From: Gammaproteobacteria bacterium
GTDB taxonomy: Bacteria > Pseudomonadota > Gammaproteobacteria > Pseudomonadales > Pseudohongiellaceae
NCBI GenBank assembly: GCA_009692305.1
Contig: SHZK01000004.1
Coordinates: forward strand, 128,738-192,737
Direction of reading: 5' to 3'
DNA: 64,000 nucleotides
Below the pieces are notes generated by a model that searched no databases, was not told the origin of the DNA, and saw only the letters and a program-made list of their open reading frames with translations. The translations under genes and the position numbers were made by a program. This document shows positions 58,195 to 64,000 of the stretch, piece after piece; the first letter of the stretch is position 1, and every line of letters begins with the position of its first letter.

Positions 58195-59517
58195 TTACAG
58201 TACGTAGCCGCGTTCGTCGTGTGAACTAAGGTCGAGGCCGATTTGCTCTTCTTCTTCAGAGACACGCAGGCCCATAGTCACATCAACTATTTTGAGAATG
58301 ACGGCACTGAGTATGCCAGTGTAGAAGATAGTAAAGATGACGCCCTTCGTCTGAATCCATACTTGTGCGGCAATGCCGTTTTCCAGACCGACTCCGCCGA
58401 AGGCTTCGGCAGCAAACACGCCAGTCAGGATGGCTCCGATAATGCCGCCAACTGCGTGCACACCAAATACGTCCAGTGAATCGTCATAGCTAAATGCCCG
58501 CTTCAGTGTGGTTGCTGCAAAGAAACAACCGACACCGGCAATCAAACCCAGCATCAGTGCGCCTTGCGGTCCTACGGTTCCGGACGCTGGTGTAATCGCA
58601 ACCAGTCCAGCCACTGCACCCGATGCAATACCGAGCACGCTTGGCTTGCCGTGTCTAATCCACTCCACAAACATCCAGGAAATAGCGGCGCCGGCAGTCG
58701 CGATCTGGGTAACGAGCATGGCCATACCAGCGCTGGCGCCTGCAGAGACAGCGGAACCCGCGTTGAAACCGAACCAGCCAACCCAGAGCAATGCGGCACC
58801 GATGATAGTGTAGGTAAGATTGTGCGGAGGCATCGCGGTACCGGGAAAGCCTTTCCTCTTGCCGAGCATGATACAGGCGACCAGTCCGGCGATACCGGCA
58901 TTGATGTGAACAACAGTGCCGCCGGCGAAATCGATAACACCCCAATCCCACATCAAACCGCCGTCACCCGACCACACCATATGCACCATTGGCACATAAA
59001 TAATGCTTACCCAGGCTGTCATGAACACCAGCATCGAAGAAAACTTCATGCGCTCTGCGAATGCGCCAACAATGAGCGCGGGTGTAATAATCGCGAAGGT
59101 CATCTGGAAAGTTGCAAATACTGATTCAGGAATTGTTCCTATGATTGAATCGACAGTTATTCCGGACATGAATACGTTGCCGAATCCGCCGACAAATGAA
59201 TTCAGATTTATTACTCCTGCTTCCATGCCGGTGGTATCAAAGGCCATGCTATAGCCCCATAGCATCCAGATTATGGTCATCAGGCCGGTAATCGCGAAAC
59301 ACTGCATCATTATGGAAAGCACGTTCTTGCTGCGCACCATACCGGCATAGAACAACGAGAGTCCTGGAATGGTCATCAGCAGCACCAGCACAGTGGCGGT
59401 GATCATCCAGGCCGTATCACCAGAATCCAGTTCCTGCGCGGACGCCATTCCTGGAAGCATCAACAATAGCGCTGCCAGCAACGGCATACCTGTCTTTCCC
59501 AAAATTAACTTCTTCAT
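58195..59517 (-). CDS. amtB: Ammonium transporter
   Basis: Signal peptide MKKLILGKTGMPLLAALLLMLPGMASA, then DSGDTAWMITATVLVLLMT.., FAGGTVVHINAG, VHAVGGIIG. The start is taken at MKKL (59517). Confidence 0.95.
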   Translation of the reverse strand: MKKLILGKTGMPLLAALLLMLPGMASAQELDSGDTAWMITATVLVLLMTIPGLSLFYAGMVRSKNVLSIMMQCFAITGLMTIIWMLWGYSMAFDTTGMEAGVINLNSFVGGFGNVFMSGITVDSIIGTIPESVFATFQMTFAIITPALIVGAFAERMKFSSMLVFMTAWVSIIYVPMVHMVWSGDGGLMWDWGVIDFAGGTVVHINAGIAGLVACIMLGKRKGFPGTAMPPHNLTYTIIGAALLWVGWFGFNAGSAVSAGASAGMAMLVTQIATAGAAISWMFVEWIRHGKPSVLGIASGAVAGLVAITPASGTVGPQGALMLGLIAGVGCFFAATTLKRAFSYDDSLDVFGVHAVGGIIGAILTGVFAAEAFGGVGLENGIAAQVWIQTKGVIFTIFYTGILSAVILKIVDVTMGLRVSEEEEQIGLDLSSHDERGYVL

Positions 59518-59591
59518 TTTATGTTTCCTCAACAAGCTACAACATTTGATCGAACGTGCTGCAATTAGTGGCATTGCACCTGGTTCGAGAA

Positions 59592-59951
<360 letters not shown>

Positions 59952-60008
59952 TCAAGCTTGGTTTTTAGCTGTTCGATTATGCTATTTCACTCAACTGCCT
60001 TTGCTCTA

Positions 60009-60024
60009 TGCATGGCCCGTGCCA
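60009..60024 (-). promoter_or_regulatory. Sigma-54 (-24/-12) promoter of glnK-amtB
   Basis: The minus strand reads TGGCACGGGCCATGCA, matching TGGCAC-N5-TTGCA except for one base. It lies about 80 nt upstream of the glnK ATG. Confidence 0.8.
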
Positions 60025-60139
60025 GTTATTATTTGCAGTCTTGAGTAACGGTAGAATCAGGCTTGGCGGGAAATAGTGGGCACCTCAGGGTCGGCCTGCG
60101 ATACAAAATTGGGCAGAAGGAGTGCGCAGACCGAGCACG

Positions 60140-60156
60140 CGCACTATATAAGTGCA
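60140..60156. promoter_or_regulatory. Candidate NtrC enhancer site
   Basis: cGCACtatataaGTGCa has the GCAC-N7-GTGC core of the NtrC consensus TGCACCnnnnTGGTGCA. It lies about 120-130 bp upstream of the sigma-54 promoter. A second inverted repeat, agtgcgc-N11-gcgcact, is at 60121-60145. Confidence 0.45.
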
Positions 60157-60254
60157 ACGACTGGCTATTGCCACGTTTGGCAAACAGGAACGGCGGGCGC
60201 TGGTGGATTTCAGTGGTAGAATATGGCTTTCCAATTTCCTGAGCAGACCATGCC

Positions 60255-60527
60255 ATGCTGGATAATGAATTTCTGCAGAAACTCAGCCATCAATTATCCG
60301 GATTGATGCCGATGGCAGAAGCAATTCGCGCTGATTTACGCACCAAAATAGAGCAGCAGTTGCGCGCCAGTTTCGCCCGCCTTGATTTGCTGAGCCGCAC
60401 CGAGTTCGATGCCCAGGCGCAAGCTTTGCAACGGGCCCAGAACCGAGTCCAGCAACTGGAACAGATGCTGGCAGCGCTGGATGCCCGTCTCGCCGAATTG
60501 GAAACAAGGTCGGGCAGCAAGCACTAA
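60255..60527 (+). CDS. ubiK: UbiK/YqiC (BMFP) family accessory protein
   Basis: 90 aa. FLQKLSHQLSGLMP..IRADLRTKIEQQLRASFARLDLLSRTEFDAQ..L, followed by a coiled coil. Confidence 0.8.
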   Translation: MLDNEFLQKLSHQLSGLMPMAEAIRADLRTKIEQQLRASFARLDLLSRTEFDAQAQALQRAQNRVQQLEQMLAALDARLAELETRSGSKH

Positions 60528-60554
60528 GCCGATTGGCTCAAGCAAGTTGCGGCA

Positions 60555-62079
60555 TCAACGGTGCAGCGCTTGCAGCAACTGACAACGCCGATAGCTGACC
60601 GCTTCCAGCAGGTCTTCCGTCGCAATGTTGGCGCGCTGCTCATAGTCAGCAATCGTCCGCGCCAGCTTGATTACCCGGTGAATACCCCGCGCCGACATGC
60701 CCAACTTCTGCATGGTATGGGCCAGCCGCATGCGCTGCCGACGTTCCAGCACACAAGTTGTCTGCAGTTCTTCCAGGCCCAATGCTGAGTTCAATTTACC
60801 ACTGCGCTGCAACTGCACGCTGCGGGCTGCAGCGATTCGTTGCCGTATGGCTTGCCAGTCGGTCGCCTGCTGCTGCGGTTCCAGCAACTCGGCGGGTGCC
60901 AGGGCCGGCACCTCAATCCTCAGGTCCAACCGATCCAGCAAGGGTCCGGATAGTTTGCCGGCATAGCTGCGCAGACGTTCCGGCGAGCAGCTGCAGGCGT
61001 GACCGGTGTCACCAGCATGTCCGCAGGGACAGGGGTTCATGGCCGCCAACAGCTGGAAACTGGCCGGGTAACGCAGCCGGTAACTGGCCCGGCTAATGGT
61101 TATTTCACCGGCTTCCAGGGGTTCCCGCAGCGCGTCCAGCACACCGGGTTTGAACTCGGTCAGCTCGTCAAGGAACAATACTCCCCGGTGCGCCAGGGTA
61201 ATCTCGCCGGGATGTGCCCTGGGTCCTCCTCCAACCAAAGCCACGGCGGTGGCCGAATGATGGGGAGTACGAAACGGGCGCTGCTGCCAGGCGGTTTTGT
61301 AGCCAGTAATCGTCACCACGGAGGCAATGGTGGCTACTTCCAGCGCCTCGTTTTCCGCCAGGTCTGGCAGCAATCCAGGCAGTGATCTGGCCAGCAGCGT
61401 CTTACCACTGCCAGGCGGGCCGATCATCAACAGGTTATGGCCACCAGCGGCAGCGATTTGCAAGGCACGCTTGGCGCAAGCCTGGCCTCTGACCAAGGCC
61501 AGTTCCTGCAGGATATGACTGCTATTTTCCTGCAAATTCGGCGCCCTGGGTTCACAGCCCGGCAACACCGCTCCATGCAGCACATGGTCTATGACTGCTA
61601 CCAGACTGCGCACGCAGTGCGTTAGTGGATACTCGATCAAGGCCAGCTCCGGGGCATTCGCGCTGGGGACAAACACCTTGCGTTGCAGCGCGCGCGGCGA
61701 CTACCGCAGGCAGTACACCGGCAACCGGGCGTACGGCGCCATCCAATGCCAGTTCCCCCAGAATTTCAGCGCCTTGCAGAACATCGTCTCGAATCTGCCC
61801 CGAGGCCATCAGAATGCTGAGCGCGATCGCCAGGTCGTAGCGCCCACCGATCTTCGGCAGATCCGCGGGCGCCAGGTTGACCGTAATTCGTCGCATCGGA
61901 AATTCGAGTCCGGAATTGAGAATGGCGCTGCGTACTCTTTCTTTACTCTCTTTCACCGCCGTTTCCGGTAATCCGACAATGGCAAAACCGGGCAGGCCAT
62001 TGGACAAATGCGCTTCGACCCGTACTTCAATGGCTTCGACCCCGAGGATGGCGCGGGAGAAAACTGTGGCTAGGGACAT
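60555..62079 (-). pseudogene. comM: YifB/ComM Mg-chelatase-like AAA+ protein, apparently frameshifted
   Basis: The N-terminal Lon-protease-like part (MSLATVFSRAILGVEAIEVRVEAHLSNGLPGFAIVGLPE..RITVNLAPADLPK) is in one frame and the AAA+ part (..KVFVPSANAPELA..MIGPPGSGKTLLA..LFLDEL..) in another. The switch must lie around 61680-61700, within or next to the gcgcgcgcgg run (61688-61697). Confidence 0.75.
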
Positions 62080-62299
62080 TTGCGGACGGACTCGCTGCGC
62101 TGTATTGCAGTACTTAGGTATAGACCAGTATCTCCGGCGTTGCGAACTGCAGCGAATCCGCGGCCCAGCACTGCTCATTGATGCCGATCAAGCTCGGCAT
62201 CGGTGTGATTGCATATCATGCACGAGGGTATTGTTTATTGGCTCCATTCTGGTCGTTGACCAGAATCACTAGCGGCCGCTGCATCTGAGGAGAACAGGA

Positions 62300-62782
62300 A
62301 TGATTCACGAAGTAGAAGGGGATATTTTATTAACCAAGGCTCAGGTCATCGCTCATGGCGTAGCAGCAAATGATCCGATGAAGCAGGGTCTGGCTCTCTC
62401 ATTGCATGAGTGCTATCCAGCAATGCACAAAGACTTTCATCACTGGTGTCATCAGGCTCACCCGGAGCCCGGCGCAGCCTTGTTATGAGGTGGAACGGAT
62501 GGGGTAAGATTGGTAAATCTGATTACCCAGGAAGGTGGACACGATGTCGGCTGTCATCCTGGCAAAGCGTCAGAAGCAAGTGTTAATCACGCCTTGTGTG
62601 CGTTGAAAAAAATAATCATCAAGGAAAAATTTTCCTCTGTCGCATTACCGCGGCTCGCTACCGGAGTTGGCGGATTGCGCTGGGAACAAGTAAAGCCCTT
62701 GATCGAGGCACAGCTGGGTGACCTCGACATTCCAGTTTATTTATATGTGGTGTTTAGGGCGGGGAAACAAGCAGCGGAATAG
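62300..62782 (+). pseudogene. TARG1-like macro-domain protein interrupted by an in-frame TGA
   Basis: The two ORFs (62300-62488 and 62510-62782) are in the same frame. The joined product MIHEVEGDILLTKAQVIAHGVAANDPMKQGLA..PEPGAALL*GGTDGVRLVNLITQ..SVALPRLATGVGGLRWEQV..IPVYLY is collinear with TARG1-type macro domains. The TGA is at 62486-62488. Confidence 0.65.
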
Positions 62783-62807
62783 CGGAGCAATACAGAAAAG
62801 AAACGCA

Positions 62808-62840
62808 AAAAAAATGGGCTGCATGCGGCCCATTTTTTTA
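62808..62840. terminator. Bidirectional rho-independent terminator
   Basis: aaaaaaaatgggc-tgcatgcg-gcccattttttt between the convergent macro-domain and cytochrome genes. Confidence 0.75.
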
Positions 62841-62854
62841 TCTCGCAAAAACTC

Positions 62855-63229
62855 TTACTGACTACTGGCTAGCATGTATTCAACTACAGCACGCAGGTCA
62901 TCGTCGGTGCAGTTAAAGCACAAACCTTTGGGCGGCATGGCATTGAAGCCTTTGATCGCGTTAGCGACTACTGCATCCAGACCTTTCTCCATGCGCGGTG
63001 CCCAGGCTTCTGCATTGCCAGGACCTACTTTCGGAGAGCCAGCAGCGCCGGTGCTGTGACAAGCGAAGCAGGAAGCCATGTACGTGGTTTCGGCATTAAA
63101 GCCGCTACTCAACGCCGCCAGTTGCAGTGGCTCATTATCGGCAAAGTTTGCAGACGCGAAAAAAGCAGCTGCGATGACTACTGACAATCTGGCTACAGGT
63201 GATGCTATTACTTTCTTGATACTTAACAC
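62855..63229 (-). CDS. Cytochrome c5-type monohaem cytochrome
   Basis: Signal peptide, haem motif CFACHSTGAAGSPK, distal NAMPPKG (Met ligand) and the c5-type Cys pair CFNC. Confidence 0.85.
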   Translation of the reverse strand: MLSIKKVIASPVARLSVVIAAAFFASANFADNEPLQLAALSSGFNAETTYMASCFACHSTGAAGSPKVGPGNAEAWAPRMEKGLDAVVANAIKGFNAMPPKGLCFNCTDDDLRAVVEYMLASSQ

Positions 63230-63288
63230 AGTGAACTCCTTGAGGATAAAAATAAAAGTATATCAGGTACGTTTTTAATACATTGACG

Positions 63289-63798
63289 CTATTGGCTTAC
63301 CATATAGTCAACGAGCGCGCGCAAGTTCTCGTCAGTACATGTCATACACATACCTTTGGCAGGCATGGCATTAATACCATTGGTAACATTAACCATAACT
63401 GAATCCATGCCTTTCTCCAGACGCGCGGACCAGGCCTCTTTGTCGCCCAGTTTGGGTGCCCCGGCAGCACCAGTACCATGACAGGCAAAACAGCTCATCT
63501 GGTAAGTTGCTGCTGCATCAAATGCCGCCGCCACCGCGGCAGGTGCAGCCACTTCAACTACTGCAGGAACCGGGGTCGCAACAACTGGCGCAGCAGCGGC
63601 TGGGGTGGCCGCAGGCACCGTACCTGATGCGGTGCCAGTGGTACCCACGCAAGGCTGTCCAGCCAAACACACCTGGGCAACAGGACGAATATTGTCCTCT
63701 ATCGCTTGCTGCGCAAATGTGCTGCTACCCCATATCAGTGCCGACAGCAGGGTAAAACAGACGGGTAAAAGACGTGGTTTCGCACTTACTTGTCGCAC
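63289..63798 (-). CDS. Cytochrome c5-type monohaem cytochrome with an Ala/Pro/Val-rich linker
   Basis: Signal peptide, a low-complexity linker (VPAATPAAAAPVVATPVPAVVEVAAPAAVAAA), CFACHGTGAAGAPK, NAMPAKG and CMTC. A paralogue of the downstream gene. Confidence 0.85.
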   Translation of the reverse strand: MRQVSAKPRLLPVCFTLLSALIWGSSTFAQQAIEDNIRPVAQVCLAGQPCVGTTGTASGTVPAATPAAAAPVVATPVPAVVEVAAPAAVAAAFDAAATYQMSCFACHGTGAAGAPKLGDKEAWSARLEKGMDSVMVNVTNGINAMPAKGMCMTCTDENLRALVDYMVSQ

Positions 63799-64000
63799 CG
63801 CAGTAGGCTCCTTGAGATTCCTGAATATTGCAGATTAGTAGCGGGAGGTTGCCAGAATTGTGGCTGCAGCCCTGAAAAAGCACGCGGAGTATACCGTTAA
63901 ATGCCGCAGTCGGAAACAATCAGCTATTACAAATACAGCAGGATTTTCAGGGCGAAACGGTGAGATTCAGCGGTGTCGAGTGGAAATAGACTTCGTTGGA

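Noticed and set aside
60029-60256. 75-aa minus-strand ORF upstream of glnK
   Set aside because: It covers the sigma-54 promoter and the candidate NtrC enhancer region, and the peptide has no recognisable features. It is most likely non-coding regulatory DNA.
60555-62079. comM as an integration site for a genomic island
   Set aside because: The two halves of the gene are contiguous and no foreign DNA, integrase or direct repeats lie between them. The lesion is a simple frameshift.
62300-62782. The macro domain as a DarG-type antitoxin or part of an ADP-ribosylation defence pair
   Set aside because: There is no DarT-like or other toxin gene adjacent. The neighbours are comM, which is divergent, and cytochrome genes. 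The protein also lacks the C-terminal DarT-binding extension.
63799-64000. Possible start of another gene at the right edge
   Set aside because: No ORF with a plausible start or recognisable translation can be read from the last 200 nt. I left it unannotated.

Overview
This window reads as an ordinary, densely packed gammaproteobacterial core-chromosome region of roughly 50% GC. The gene order resembles Pseudomonas and marine Oceanospirillales or Cellvibrionales: parC-parE-yqiA-cpdA-yqiB-nudF, tkt-gap/epd-pgk-fba, glnK-amtB and epmA-efp/epmB. I call about 58 protein genes. I saw no rRNA, tRNA, CRISPR array, transposase, integrase, phage gene or recognisable defence gene.

Functional blocks from left to right:
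- 1-5.8 kb: a poorly characterised envelope cluster with an FGE-sulfatase-domain protein, an RnfD/NqrB-like membrane protein, two orphan exported proteins, LysE and an NHL propeller.
- Monomeric icd, a GNAT and a D-amino-acid transaminase.
- The EF-P beta-lysylation trio.
- A decayed, catalytically degenerate GGDEF-EAL gene next to a membrane HAMP/cyclase-like protein.
- The topoisomerase IV cluster, then ppiC, DUF2889 and an orphan two-component pair.
- GST, DUF924, DAHP synthase, an M14 carboxypeptidase, thiC, tolC, an aminotransferase, queG, orn, rsgA, a rhodanese, psd, rpiA and csp.
- The divergent pair of an FAD-linked (D-2-hydroxyglutarate-type) dehydrogenase and serA.
- The lower-glycolysis/pentose operon.
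- A SahR-type operator followed by sahR-metK-ahcY-metF (the activated methyl cycle), then rsmE and an HD-GYP protein.
- glnK-amtB with a clear sigma-54 promoter, then ubiK, comM, a TARG1-like macro-domain gene and two tandem cytochrome c5 genes.

I did not find a convincing new multi-gene system. The observations most worth a second look are:
- Three independently disrupted genes: GGDEF-EAL (frameshift at a C7 tract plus an in-frame TAG), comM (frameshift in a GC-repeat) and the macro domain (in-frame TGA).
- A roughly 300-bp nested inverted-repeat element inside an unusually long 480-bp spacer.
- The RnfD-like/FGE gene pair at the left edge.
- A thiC leader in which I cannot see a canonical TPP riboswitch.

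All family assignments come from reading the translations. No searches were run.
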